64,000 nucleotides of DNA from Thermoplasmatota archaeon (GCA_049602735.1 JBMYRW010000002.1:3760-67759), one strand, 5' to 3'. Positions 8,931 through 19,034 are shown, counted from the stretch's first letter. Made by a program: numbers and translations. Notes: generated by a model from the letters alone, not told the origin.

Positions 8931-9890
8931 CTAGCAAAAACACCCGAGCACCCGCTCGGGGTTGATCCCCATGTCTTCTGCGACGGCGGTGGCCATCTCG
9001 GGGCATGGCTTGGCGCTGGCAGGCTCGGGCGGCTCCGGTAGGGCGGCGATGTACTCCTTGAGGTCGACGAAGCCGGCCGCGTCGAGGTCGCAGGCGGCCA
9101 CGAGCTTGTGGAAGCGGCTGCCCAGGAGCCCTTCGTCGGCCTGTTCGAAAAGTCGTTCGAGGCTGCCGTACTGGGTGATCGCCTTGACGGCGGTCTTGGG
9201 TCCGAACCCTTTGACGCCGGGGTGCCAGTCGGTGCCACAGACGATGGCGAGCTCTCGGAGCTGGTCGAGGCTGAGCCCGTGGGCGTCGATGTCCTCGAGG
9301 TGCAGCAGGAACGGCGCGGCGGCGCCCGCCTTGCGTAGGACCGTGGGGGCACCTGCCACCAGGGCGTCGAAGTCCTCCGTGGCCACCGCGTCGGCGTGGC
9401 CGGCATGGCACAGGGCAGCGGCGTACCGTTCGCCATCATGGTCGGCGCGGGTGACGGCGACGCCGAGCGGCTCCAGGAGTTTTGTGGCGTCGCCGATCAT
9501 GTCGTCGCTGAGGTAGACGGTGCCGCGCATGAGGCGGGCGTAGAGCTGGTGGTCGCCGGCCGCTTTGGCGGCGTTGGCGCGGGCCAGGGTCTCCTCCCGT
9601 TTGCGGATGCGTTCATCGACGGTCGCCTGCTTGCGGGGATGGACCTTGCCGTCCCAGATGATGATGGGTTCGGCGCCGCGTTCCCGGAACTGCTTGACCA
9701 GCCCCAGGAAGCCAAGGAGGTGGCCGATGGCGCGGCCGTCGTCGCCTCGCAGCACGTCCCCGTCACGTCCCCGTATGCTGGTGAGGTAACGGAAGGCGAC
9801 GTTGTGGGCGTCCACGGCGATGCGCTTGCCGTGGTACCAGTCGTTGGGCACCTCGTGTTGCGGGAACAGGTCGCGTAGGTTGACGCCCAC
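8931..9890 (-). CDS. fen: flap endonuclease 1 family nuclease (divergent, no C-terminal PIP box)
   Basis: GTG start giving MGVNLRDL; IAVDAHN, IWDGK, DGERYAA, TEDFDAL; H3TH motif CGTDWHPGVKGFGPKTA. Confidence 0.85.
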   Translation of the reverse strand: MGVNLRDLFPQHEVPNDWYHGKRIAVDAHNVAFRYLTSIRGRDGDVLRGDDGRAIGHLLGFLGLVKQFRERGAEPIIIWDGKVHPRKQATVDERIRKREETLARANAAKAAGDHQLYARLMRGTVYLSDDMIGDATKLLEPLGVAVTRADHDGERYAAALCHAGHADAVATEDFDALVAGAPTVLRKAGAAAPFLLHLEDIDAHGLSLDQLRELAIVCGTDWHPGVKGFGPKTAVKAITQYGSLERLFEQADEGLLGSRFHKLVAACDLDAAGFVDLKEYIAALPEPPEPASAKPCPEMATAVAEDMGINPERVLGCFC

Positions 9891-10003
9891 GTCGCGGCGA
9901 CCCCTCTGGCCCATTTGGAGCGACCGGTCAAGGGCCGCTGTGCCCTTGGGCACCTGGTCCCCTCGGCGCCGGTCTTTCTAGGAGCGACGGGGAGTTCTCG
10001 GTC

Positions 10004-11698
10004 ATGCGGCCGCCCAGAGGCCCAGGCAGCGCCATCCGTAAGGCCGCAGCGGCCGAGCAGCGGATCGCCTGGGTGCGCTTATCGGTGGTGGCGTTCAACA
10101 GCGTGGTCTACGCGCTGTGGATGCGTGGTGCGGGATGGCCTGAGTTGGCGTGGACCGTCATCGTGGCTGCCAATCTGTACAGTCTGGGCGTGACGTTGGG
10201 GCGCCCGGAGCGCCGGTTTCCCGCCATGGCGACGGCCATGTGGACGACGGTCACGGACGCCTTGCTGATCGTGTTGTGGTTGTCGGCCACCGGCGGCGCT
10301 GCGTCACCGTTCTGGATCCTCTGGTCGTTCTCGCTGGTGGCCATCGCGTTCCGTTTCGGGTCGAAGGAGACGTGGGCGGCAGGCGCCGTGTACGTGTTCC
10401 TGGAGGCGTCGCTCCTGGCACGCCAGGGTCTCTTCGCGTGGCCCATGGACCCGTTGGCGGCGGTGCGGGTGGGCTACATCGCGCTCTTTGGTGGGCTGGC
10501 CGGCGGCATGGCCGATTTCACCCGGGACGCTTTGGACCGCGAGCGGCGCCTGGATGACCTGTCGAAGCGGCTGCGGTCGTCCCAGGGAGACCTGGAGGCG
10601 GTGCTGGCCTATGCGCCGTCCATCGTGATGCGCGTGGACCGCGAGGGTCGGATCCTGTACATCAACCGCGTTGTGCCCGGCCTGGACGAGTCGGACGTCG
10701 TGGGTCGTTCCATGACGGAGTTCGTGCCTCCTGAGACCGCCGAACGGCTGCGGGGCTACCTGAAGCGCGTGGTGGAGAAGGGGGAGGCGGTGACGTACGA
10801 GGTGGAGGGCCTGGGTCCGGACGGTGCGCAGGCGATCTACGAGAGCCGCATGGCCCCGGTCCGCCACGGCGACGAGGCAGAGGGTGCGGTGCTGTTGACC
10901 CTGGATGTGACCCGCGAGCGCCGGCAGGCCCAGGAGGTCGCGGAGGCGCGGTTGGTGGAAGAGCGCCGCGAGGCGGAACTGCGTCGCCTGCGTGACGAGG
11001 ACGCCTTCCGCCGCGATCTGCTCAATGCGGTGGCCCATGAGCTCAACACGCCGCTGACGCCGTTGAAGTTGCAGCTCCATCTGTTGCGCCGCGACCCGCA
11101 GCGCCTGCAGGATGCCTTGGAGGTGCTGGAGCGCAACATGGACCGCCTGGCGTTCCTGGTCGGCGATCTCCTGGAGGTCTCACGGTTGCAGGAGCAACGC
11201 GGGGCGCTCCATCTGGAGAGCGTGGACCTTGGAGACCTGGTGGCCGAGGCGGTGGCGACGTTCCATGATCCTGCCGGCGACCAGGGGGTGGCGCTGACGC
11301 ATCTGCTCAAGCGGCCGTTGCCGCTGCAGGCGGACCGCATGCGCATCACTCAGGTGTTGTACAACCTCCTCTCGAACGCTCTGAAGTTCAGCCCGTCGGG
11401 ATCGACGATCCGCATCGAGGCGGCCGTCGAAGGCGACCGCGTCCGGTGCGCCGTGGTCGACGAGGGCCCGGGCTTGTCGAAGGAGGATGCCCGTCGCGTG
11501 TTCGAGCCGTTCGTCCAGGCCCACACGGGCAAGGGCGGCAGCGGCCTCGGGTTGCACATCACGAAGGGCATCGTGGAGGCCCACGGCGGAGCGATCGGTG
11601 TGGACAGCGCCGGCGCCGGTCAGGGTTGCTCCTTCTGGTTCGAGTTGCCTGCTGGTGGGCCCGCCAAGAAGCTCTCGCCGCCTCGTGAGGCTTCGTAG
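10004..11698 (+). CDS. membrane sensor histidine kinase (TM bundle, PAS, HisKA, HATPase)
   Basis: About 5-6 TM segments; PAS (DREGRILYIN); H-box AHELNTPL; N-box NLLSNALKF; DEGPG; GSGLGL. Confidence 0.92.
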   Translation: MRPPRGPGSAIRKAAAAEQRIAWVRLSVVAFNSVVYALWMRGAGWPELAWTVIVAANLYSLGVTLGRPERRFPAMATAMWTTVTDALLIVLWLSATGGAASPFWILWSFSLVAIAFRFGSKETWAAGAVYVFLEASLLARQGLFAWPMDPLAAVRVGYIALFGGLAGGMADFTRDALDRERRLDDLSKRLRSSQGDLEAVLAYAPSIVMRVDREGRILYINRVVPGLDESDVVGRSMTEFVPPETAERLRGYLKRVVEKGEAVTYEVEGLGPDGAQAIYESRMAPVRHGDEAEGAVLLTLDVTRERRQAQEVAEARLVEERREAELRRLRDEDAFRRDLLNAVAHELNTPLTPLKLQLHLLRRDPQRLQDALEVLERNMDRLAFLVGDLLEVSRLQEQRGALHLESVDLGDLVAEAVATFHDPAGDQGVALTHLLKRPLPLQADRMRITQVLYNLLSNALKFSPSGSTIRIEAAVEGDRVRCAVVDEGPGLSKEDARRVFEPFVQAHTGKGGSGLGLHITKGIVEAHGGAIGVDSAGAGQGCSFWFELPAGGPAKKLSPPREAS

Positions 11699-11729
11699 CC
11701 CCTTTTTCGCGCGGGGCCGTGGCCGCGTC

Positions 11730-12473
11730 ATGGACCTGGAAGGCAAGCGTGTGCTCGTGACGGGGGCGACGGCCGGCATCGGTGAAGCGACGGCACGTGC
11801 CTTCGTCGAGGCGGGGGCCCACGTGGTGCTCGCGGCGCGCCGACGGGAACGCCTGGATGCCCTGGTCGAAGAGCTCGGCGACCGCGCAGAGGCCTTGGTC
11901 CTGGACGTGGCGGACCGCGCGGCCGTGGAAGCGGCCCCCGCGGGGGCGTTCGAGGTGGACATCCTGGTCAACAACGCGGGCCTGGCGCGGGGCACCGACC
12001 CTTTGCACACGGCGGACCCGTCCGATTGGGAGGAGATGGTGGACACCAATGTCCTGGGGCTCCTGTACGTCACACGTCGCGTCGCCGCCGGGATGGCCGC
12101 GCGGGGCGAGGGTCACATCGTCAACCTGGGCAGTGTCGCCGGCCGCTGGACGTACCCTGGCGGAGGCGTCTATTGTGCCACCAAGCACGCGGTGCGGGCG
12201 CTCTCGGAGGGGCTCCGCATGGACCTGCACGGGTCCGGCGTACGTGTGACCAACATCGAACCCGGCCTTGTGGAGACGGAGTTCTCCATGGTCCGTTTTG
12301 GCGGCGACGAGCAACGCGCTGCGGCGGTCTATGAGGGCACGAGGGCCCTGTCGGCGCAGGATGTGGCGGAGACGATCCTCTGGTGCTGCGGGCGCCCAGC
12401 GCACGTCAACGTCCAGGAGCTGGTGCTCTTCCCGACGGACCAGGCGAGCGTCGGCATGGTGCTCCGGGCCTGA
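11730..12473 (+). CDS. NADP-dependent short-chain dehydrogenase (YdfG-like)
   Basis: TGATAGIG, ARRRERL, NNAG, YCATK, IEPGLVETEFS, PAHVNV. Confidence 0.9.
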   Translation: MDLEGKRVLVTGATAGIGEATARAFVEAGAHVVLAARRRERLDALVEELGDRAEALVLDVADRAAVEAAPAGAFEVDILVNNAGLARGTDPLHTADPSDWEEMVDTNVLGLLYVTRRVAAGMAARGEGHIVNLGSVAGRWTYPGGGVYCATKHAVRALSEGLRMDLHGSGVRVTNIEPGLVETEFSMVRFGGDEQRAAAVYEGTRALSAQDVAETILWCCGRPAHVNVQELVLFPTDQASVGMVLRA

Positions 12474-12532
12474 TCCGGGTCGTTTCACCCACCCCTCCCC
12501 ATGGACCAAGCCTAAGAGACCCATGCGAAGCC

Positions 12533-12742
12533 ATGGACGTGGTTCAGATCCCCGGAGGCTACGAAGTCCGCGGCGACACCTACCTGGTCAAGGACATCCT
12601 GAAGAAGCACGGCGCTCGATGGAACGGCATGGCCGGCGCGTGGACCTTCGACGATGAAGCAGCCGCCCACGCCGCGGCCAAGGTCGCCAGCACGGAGCTC
12701 GCGTACCGGAAGGAACTGGAAGCCCTCGAAGCGATGGCGTAG
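12533..12742 (+). CDS. small hypothetical protein with GDTYxVKDxLKxxGARW motif (DUF5710-like)
   Basis: MDVVQIPGGYEVRGDTYLVKDILKKHGARWNGMAGAW; typical codon bias. Confidence 0.7.
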   Translation: MDVVQIPGGYEVRGDTYLVKDILKKHGARWNGMAGAWTFDDEAAAHAAAKVASTELAYRKELEALEAMA

Positions 12743-12794
12743 GCGTCACGGCCAACGCCACAAGCACCAAGTGGCCAAAGAGGACCTCAGGTCC

Positions 12795-14021
12795 ATGGAC
12801 CTGCGTTGGTGGATGACGGTGCCTCTCCTGATGGCGGCCGTCGCTGGATGCCTCGACAACGAAGACGGCAGCGCCGCGGCCACGGCGCTCGAGGAGCCCC
12901 CAGAGCTTCCGAGCCTCCCCGAGACCATCAGTCGCTTCGGCGCCGTGGCGATCACGGACCTGGAGGGCAGCGGCCAGGGCATCTGGACCCATGGCGACAC
13001 GCTCTACATGACCAACGGCGGCGACCTCAACCTCGCCGACATCAGCGACCCCATGGATCCCAAGCAGCTTGGCGCCATCCAGGACATCGGCGCCCGGGAC
13101 GTGGACGTCCTCGAATGGGACGGCCGCATCTACGCGGTCCTGGCAGGCAGCAGCGACGGCCTGCACGTGGTGGACGTCACGGACCCCATGCGCCCCACGC
13201 TCACCGGCACCTTCCCGTTGCCCAGCGCCGGCGTGCACAACCTGGCCGCTGTGCCGGGTACTCCGTACGTGTATGCCAGTGGCGCCAGCGGCACCGGGAA
13301 GGCGATCGACGTGGTCGACATCTCGGACCCCGCCAACCCCCTCATCCACACCTTCCCCATCCCGGCCACCATGGGCGGCATCCCCGTCGAGTCCGACGGC
13401 TGCCACGACATCACCGTCCGCGCCGACCTGGAACGGGCGTACTGCGCCGGCGGTGGAGGTACCTACACAGGCCTCGGCGGCGAGACGTTCATCTGGGACA
13501 TCAGCGAAGGCGCCGGAGGCGTGACCAACCCCACGTGGGTGGCCATGATCGACGACCCGCGCCTCAAGTACCACCACCAGGCGTTCGTCAACCTGGAAGG
13601 GACGATCCTGATCATCAACGACGAGTTCATCGCCCCCAACTGCGTGCGCGTCGAGACGCCCCTGCCGGGCGCGGCGGACCCGCAGGTGCCGTTTGCGGCC
13701 GCGTGGATCTACGACGTCTCCGACGAGAGCTCCCCGCAGCAGATGGCGTTCATCCAGAACCCCAGCGGCATCGAAGCCGATGAGGGCGGGCAACCGAAGG
13801 TGAACTGCGGCAGCCACTTCGGCGACATCGTGCTGGGCCACGACGCGTTCGTGATGGGCTGGTACCAGGGCGGCACGGTCCTCGTGGACTTCAGCGACCC
13901 CGCCAATCCGCTCCTCTTGGACATCGCGGACGCCGCCGGCGGCTCCACTTGGGACGCCCGCGTACACGGCACGTACGTCCTGCACAGCTCCAACGACCTC
14001 ATCGTGACGCCCTTGGAGTGA
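12795..14021 (+). CDS. LVIVD-repeat beta-propeller lipoprotein
   Basis: AVAGC lipobox; repeats LADISDP, VVDVTDP, VVDISDP, IYDVSD, LVDFSDP; GCHD, YHH and CGSH His motifs. Confidence 0.85.
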   Translation: MDLRWWMTVPLLMAAVAGCLDNEDGSAAATALEEPPELPSLPETISRFGAVAITDLEGSGQGIWTHGDTLYMTNGGDLNLADISDPMDPKQLGAIQDIGARDVDVLEWDGRIYAVLAGSSDGLHVVDVTDPMRPTLTGTFPLPSAGVHNLAAVPGTPYVYASGASGTGKAIDVVDISDPANPLIHTFPIPATMGGIPVESDGCHDITVRADLERAYCAGGGGTYTGLGGETFIWDISEGAGGVTNPTWVAMIDDPRLKYHHQAFVNLEGTILIINDEFIAPNCVRVETPLPGAADPQVPFAAAWIYDVSDESSPQQMAFIQNPSGIEADEGGQPKVNCGSHFGDIVLGHDAFVMGWYQGGTVLVDFSDPANPLLLDIADAAGGSTWDARVHGTYVLHSSNDLIVTPLE

Positions 14022-14077
14022 CGAAGCAAGGCCGGTTGACCGCAGCGCCTAAACAGAGGGCGGGAGGCTGTCGTCCC

Positions 14078-14614
14078 ATGCGCTCCTTGCTGCTGGCCGC
14101 CACGGTGGCTTTGGCCGCCATTGCCGGCTGCCTCGACGATGATGAACCTGCCACGGATGATGTCGGATCCGCGCCGGCAACGAGCATGGAGGACACTCCC
14201 GCTCTGCACAACGAGACGGTCACGGGCGACGCGACCACGACGATGTTCCTGTGGGTGGGCGCGGCTCTCTTCGATGAAGGCGCGTCCTTCCCCGTCAAGA
14301 GTGATGCCACCGAGTTGATCGTCAACATCACGGCCGACATGGTCACTCCGACGGACTACAACGTCCGCCTGGCCCCCGAGGGCTGCGATACCCTGTCGGG
14401 CTCCTGTTCTTACTACGTGGACATGGCCTCGGGCGAGGGTCAGTTCACCCTGAAGGACCCGGAAGCCGGGACGTGGAGTGTGGCGTTCTTCACGAACCAA
14501 GGCGTGGCTGTCGGTAGCTATGAACTGGAGATCGTGCAGTTCCTGGCGGCCGAAGAGCCGACGGACGCGGCGACCGACGACGACGCCGAGGCACCCTGCG
14601 ACCCAGCGTGCTGA
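14078..14614 (+). CDS. putative lipoprotein with small beta-sandwich (PPC-like) domain
   Basis: MRSLLLAATVALAAIAGC lipobox; DPEAGTWSV motif. Confidence 0.75.
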   Translation: MRSLLLAATVALAAIAGCLDDDEPATDDVGSAPATSMEDTPALHNETVTGDATTTMFLWVGAALFDEGASFPVKSDATELIVNITADMVTPTDYNVRLAPEGCDTLSGSCSYYVDMASGEGQFTLKDPEAGTWSVAFFTNQGVAVGSYELEIVQFLAAEEPTDAATDDDAEAPCDPAC

Positions 14615-14627
14615 AGCGCCTCGGCGT

Positions 14628-15365
14628 TCACCCCATCTTGTCGGGGTCGCCGGCGCCGCCGCCCAGGTAGATGTCCCTGACGGCCGGGTCCGAGAGGAGC
14701 TGGCGGCCAGGGCCATCCAGGCGGTTCTTGCCCATGACCAACAGGTAGGCGCGGTGGGCGGTCTCCAAGGCGAGCACCGCATTCTGCTCCACCATGACCA
14801 CCGCGACGCCCTCTTCGTTGACGGCCACGATGGCGTCCAGGACCTCTTCGACCACTTGGGGCGCCAAGCCCACGGAGGGTTCGTCGAGAAGCAGGACCTC
14901 TGGTTCGAGCATCAACGCGCGGCCCATGGCGAGCATCTGTTGCTCGCCGCCGGAGAGGCTGCCGGCCGGTTGCCGCATCCGTTCCCGTAGGCGCGGGAAA
15001 CGCTCGTAGACCGCTTCGGCGCGCTTGGGGACGAGCTCCTGATCCGGCAGCACGAAGCCGCCCATCCGGAGGTTCTCCTGGACGGTGAGGCTGGGGAACA
15101 CCGCCCGCCCCTGCGGCACGAAGCAGACGCCCCGGCGCACCATCTTCTCAGGCGTGGCGTTCGTGACCGCCTCACCCTGGTGATGGACGGTGCCTTGCTT
15201 GACCGGCACGAGGCCGAAGAGCGCCTTGAGGGCCGTGGTCTTGCCGGCTCCGTTGGGGCCGATGATGGCGACGATCTCACCGGGGTCGACCTTGAGGTCC
15301 AACTGGTGGAGGATCTGTACGCGGCCGTAGTAGGTGTCGATGGCGCGGGCTTCCAGGAGGCTCAT
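14628..15365 (-). CDS. livF: branched-chain amino acid ABC transporter ATPase
   Basis: GPNGAGKTT, VPQGRAVFPSLTVQENL, LSGGEQQMLAMGRAL, LLDEPSVGLAP, YLGG. Confidence 0.92.
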   Translation of the reverse strand: MSLLEARAIDTYYGRVQILHQLDLKVDPGEIVAIIGPNGAGKTTALKALFGLVPVKQGTVHHQGEAVTNATPEKMVRRGVCFVPQGRAVFPSLTVQENLRMGGFVLPDQELVPKRAEAVYERFPRLRERMRQPAGSLSGGEQQMLAMGRALMLEPEVLLLDEPSVGLAPQVVEEVLDAIVAVNEEGVAVVMVEQNAVLALETAHRAYLLVMGKNRLDGPGRQLLSDPAVRDIYLGGGAGDPDKMG

Positions 15366-16150
15366 GCGTCCCCTCCCCACGCGGCGCTGAACTTGCGGCC
15401 GGTGCCCAGGTACGCTTCGGCGACGCGCGGGTCGTTGCGGACGGTCTCTGGTTCGTCGTGCAGCAGCACGCGGCCTTGGTCCATGACGGCCACGTCGTCG
15501 CATTCGCTCATGATCATCTCGATGTCGTGTTCGATGACCAGGAACGTGCGGCCCCGGTCGTCGCTCAGCTCATGGACGAGCTGAAGCAGGCGCTTGCGCA
15601 GCGTCGGGTTGATGCCGCTCATGGGTTCGTCGAGGAGCACCAAGGGCGTCTCCAGGCTGAGCACGCGGGCGAACTCCACCAGCTTGCTCTGGCCGTAGCT
15701 GAGCTGCCCCGCCGGCACGTCGGCCCGGTGTCCCATGCCCACGAACTCCAGCCACTCCTCGGCCTTGGCGCGGGCGTCCCGTTCGACGCCTGACCAGCCC
15801 CCCAGGAGGGCCGTGGCGACGCGTTCGCCGGGGTGGTCGCGGGTGGCGACCAGGAGGTTGTCGAGGGCGCTGAGACGCGGGAGCAGTCGGACGAGCTGGA
15901 AGGTGCGGCCGATGCCCCGGCGGGCGATGAGGTGGGGAGGCAGGCCGTCGATGCGGGCCCCGGACAGGTGCACCGTACCGCCGTCGGGCTGCTGGAACCC
16001 TGTCACGCAGTCGAAGAGCGTCGTCTTGCCGGCGCCGTTGGGGCCGATGAGCCCCGTGATGCTGCCAGCCTGGACCTCCAGGTCGACGCCGCCGAGGGCC
16101 CGCAGGCCGCCGAAGCGCTTCTCGATGCCGCGGACGCGCAGCAGGCTCAT
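15362..16150 (-). CDS. livG: branched-chain amino acid ABC transporter ATPase
   Basis: MSLLRVRGIEKRFGGLRAL, GPNGAGKTT, GIGRTFQ, LSYGQ, LLDEP, VAEAYLG; ATGA overlaps with both neighbours. Confidence 0.92.
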   Translation of the reverse strand: MSLLRVRGIEKRFGGLRALGGVDLEVQAGSITGLIGPNGAGKTTLFDCVTGFQQPDGGTVHLSGARIDGLPPHLIARRGIGRTFQLVRLLPRLSALDNLLVATRDHPGERVATALLGGWSGVERDARAKAEEWLEFVGMGHRADVPAGQLSYGQSKLVEFARVLSLETPLVLLDEPMSGINPTLRKRLLQLVHELSDDRGRTFLVIEHDIEMIMSECDDVAVMDQGRVLLHDEPETVRNDPRVAEAYLGTGRKFSAAWGGDA

Positions 16151-17166
16151 GGCTGATCCTCCTCGGCGCCCTTGGCGCCACGCGCACGGGGTCGGAGCAG
16201 GTCCCGCAGCCGTACGTCGCGGCCGCCCAGGATGCCGTTGGGCCGGGTGAGCATCAGGAGCAGCAGGACGAGGGAGAACAGCATGATGCGCAGGCTGGGC
16301 AGGTCCAGGTCGGTGGCGTCCGCGCCGCCCAGCACCTCGCCCAGCCACTGGGTGAACCCGAGGGCCACCTCGTCGATGAGGGTCACCAGCAGCGCTCCGA
16401 CGAGGGCACCGTGGTGGCTGCCGAGGCCGCCCAGGATCACCATGACGACGATGGTCACCATGAAGTGGAAACTGTAGCCGCTGGGGCTGAGGATCTGTAG
16501 GTGATGCACCCAGAGGCCCCCCGCGATGCCAGCGACGACGGCGCTGATCCAGAGGGCCTTGAGGCGCAGCCATTCCACGTCTTTGCCCATGGCGGCCGCT
16601 GCGTGCTTGTCCTCCCGGACGGCCTTCAGGACGCGACCCATGGGACTGCGTTTCATGCGTCCCAGCGCCGTGTGGATGACGAACGCCGCCGCACCCACCA
16701 ACAGCACTTCGAGGAGACGAGGCTCCATCCCGGTCGCGTCCCCCATGCAGGCCAGGTCGCATCCAAGCGGGTTGAGCGTCGGCACGCCGAACTTCCCGTT
16801 GGCGTAGAAGCCCACGAGGATCACCTGCGTCATGACGCCAAGGCCCAACGTCGCGATGGCGAAGTAGTCCCCTGAGAGCCGTAACGTCGGCACGCCCACG
16901 AAGAAGATGGCCGCTGTGGTGAAGATGACCCCCAACAGGAGGCCGCCGAAGAGGTCGAGGCCAAGGAGGTCCGGGTGGGTGCCGACGGTGCTGCCGAAGG
17001 CGCCCAGGGCGAAGAAGCCGACGTGGCCGAGCTGGAAGAGCCCCGTGTAACCGATGGCCAGATCGAGCGCCGAGGCCAGGATGAGGAACAACAGGAACCG
17101 CCACAGCAGCTCCAGCAGCAGCGACTCGTTGGTGACGAAGCCGAACAGATGCTCCACGAGGCTCAC
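16147..17166 (-). CDS. livM: branched-chain amino acid ABC transporter permease
   Basis: GYTGLFQLGHVGFFALGA, LRLSGDYFAIATLG, GRVLKAVRED, VILGGLGS. Confidence 0.92.
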   Translation of the reverse strand: MSLVEHLFGFVTNESLLLELLWRFLLFLILASALDLAIGYTGLFQLGHVGFFALGAFGSTVGTHPDLLGLDLFGGLLLGVIFTTAAIFFVGVPTLRLSGDYFAIATLGLGVMTQVILVGFYANGKFGVPTLNPLGCDLACMGDATGMEPRLLEVLLVGAAAFVIHTALGRMKRSPMGRVLKAVREDKHAAAAMGKDVEWLRLKALWISAVVAGIAGGLWVHHLQILSPSGYSFHFMVTIVVMVILGGLGSHHGALVGALLVTLIDEVALGFTQWLGEVLGGADATDLDLPSLRIMLFSLVLLLLMLTRPNGILGGRDVRLRDLLRPRARGAKGAEEDQP

Positions 17167-19034
17167 TTGCGCGCCACCCCCTGGTCACTCGGGATGAGGC
17201 CCCGCGGCCGCCACAGCAGGAAGAGGATCAGGATGGCGAACGCGATGGCGTTCTGGAAGCGGCTGTCGATGAACTGGCCGCCGACGTTCTCCGCGAGGCC
17301 GATGAGCACGCCGCCCAGGAAGGCACCTTGGATGTTGCCGATGCCGCCCACGACGGCTGCCGTGAACGCCTTGATGCCGACGTGCAGGCCGAGCGTCGGG
17401 TGCAGCGTGAAGCGCAGGCCCCACAGGGCGCCACCCACGGCCGCCATGGCGCTGCCCAAGAGGAACGTCCAACTGATGACCCGGTCGACCGGGAGGCCAA
17501 TGGTGCGGGCGGTCTCCATGTCGTCGGCGACGGCCCGCATCGCCTGACCCATCCGGCTGCGGCGCACCAGCCACGAGACACCGACGACGAGCAGGAGGCT
17601 GACGACGATGATCGTGAGGTCCAGGTTGCTCACCGGGGCCCCCAGGATGGTCCGGTCGGTCTCCAGCCACCTCGCCGTCGCCGAGTCGCGGTAGGTACCG
17701 GGCTCCGTGAACGTCCGGCGGCTGGTGCCGAACCAGAACTGGGCCGCCGACGAGAGCAACAGGCTGACGGCGATGGCGGTGATCAGCGGCGTCAGCCGGT
17801 CGCCGCCGCGCAACGGACGGTACGCCACCCGTTCGATGCCGACGCCGAGGGCCGCCGTGAGGGTGACGCTGGCGAGCACGGCCGCCCACAGGGGCAGCAC
17901 CGGGAACTGCACCACGAACAGCCAGGCGAAGTAGCCGCCCCAGGCGAACAGGTCGCCGTGGGCGAAGTTGATGAACTTCAGCACGCCGTAGACCATCGTG
18001 TAGCCCAGGGCGATGAGCCCGTACACGGCGCCGATGGAGAGCCCGAGCACCACGAAGCGCCCCAGGCCGCCGACGTCCGGCCACCGCAGCAGCTCCGTAG
18101 AGGCAGCGGCCTGTTGCCAGACGAGTCCTAGCACGAGGACGACGAGGCCGGTCGTCAGCCCCGTCCGAACCGCCGCTGCCGTGTCCCACGCCCCCTCCTG
18201 GGTGCGCCGTATCAGGAGGCTGCCCGCTGCGACCGGCACGCCCAGGCCGAGGGCGAGGCCCAGGGTGTCCATCACGGAATGGGCCGTCGGCGCGATGCGA
18301 CCCGCCGCCGCAAAGAGCAGCACAAGCAACAGGGCGGCGGCGGCCACCAGGCGCGTGCGGACGATGCGGGCACGCGTCGCGGCTTCCAGGTGCACCCAGC
18401 GCTCCAGGCGCGCTTCACGCCAAGCCCCCGCGCGGGCGGTGGCGACCTCCAGGCGGCCACGCAACGAAGGGACCCACGCGATCGCCAGAGCGCCGAGGCC
18501 CAGCAACCCCAGGAGCGAGGCGCCCAGATACGGCAGGCGCGTCGGAGGCGCCGCCCCTTCGCCGGCCGGCTCGCCCACGAACAGCAGAACGGGGTCCGGG
18601 TCGTTGTTGGACGGGTCCGGATCGTAGGCACCCGTGGTGAGCCGGGCGACGAGGTGCGTCGTGCCCACCGGGGTCGCTTCCGGCAGGACGAACGGGAGGC
18701 TGACGCGCCGGGTCGCCGTCTCGCCAACCTCCCACTGGCCCGCGAGGACGCCCAGGAGCGTACCATCCTCCAGCGCGAGCGTGATGTTCCACGCGGCAGG
18801 AACCGTCAGACTATTGTCGCGGCCACGGGCCTTCAGGCTAAGGGTGGCCTCCATGGCGGCGCCGGGGTCCGCCTGCACCTGGTTGGCGTTGAACGCACGA
18901 CCGTCGTCGCCCACCGTGAAGCTGACCTGGCCTTCGTACCGCAACAGGAGGTCGACGCTGCCTGCCTCCTGGCCCGCGACGCCCGTGGCAGGGGCCACCA
19001 GCACGAGGAGCATCAACAGGAGCGCCGGCCGCAC
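17163..19034 (-). CDS. livH: LivH permease fused to an N-terminal signal peptide, extracellular Ig/CARDB-like domain and extra TM helices
   Basis: C-terminal half: YGLIALGYTMVYGVLKFINFAHG, GQAMRAVA, KAFTAAVVGGIG, RPRGL. N-terminal half: signal peptide plus beta domain ending DPDPSNN. Confidence 0.88.
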   Translation of the reverse strand: MRPALLLMLLVLVAPATGVAGQEAGSVDLLLRYEGQVSFTVGDDGRAFNANQVQADPGAAMEATLSLKARGRDNSLTVPAAWNITLALEDGTLLGVLAGQWEVGETATRRVSLPFVLPEATPVGTTHLVARLTTGAYDPDPSNNDPDPVLLFVGEPAGEGAAPPTRLPYLGASLLGLLGLGALAIAWVPSLRGRLEVATARAGAWREARLERWVHLEAATRARIVRTRLVAAAALLLVLLFAAAGRIAPTAHSVMDTLGLALGLGVPVAAGSLLIRRTQEGAWDTAAAVRTGLTTGLVVLVLGLVWQQAAASTELLRWPDVGGLGRFVVLGLSIGAVYGLIALGYTMVYGVLKFINFAHGDLFAWGGYFAWLFVVQFPVLPLWAAVLASVTLTAALGVGIERVAYRPLRGGDRLTPLITAIAVSLLLSSAAQFWFGTSRRTFTEPGTYRDSATARWLETDRTILGAPVSNLDLTIIVVSLLLVVGVSWLVRRSRMGQAMRAVADDMETARTIGLPVDRVISWTFLLGSAMAAVGGALWGLRFTLHPTLGLHVGIKAFTAAVVGGIGNIQGAFLGGVLIGLAENVGGQFIDSRFQNAIAFAILILFLLWRPRGLIPSDQGVARK

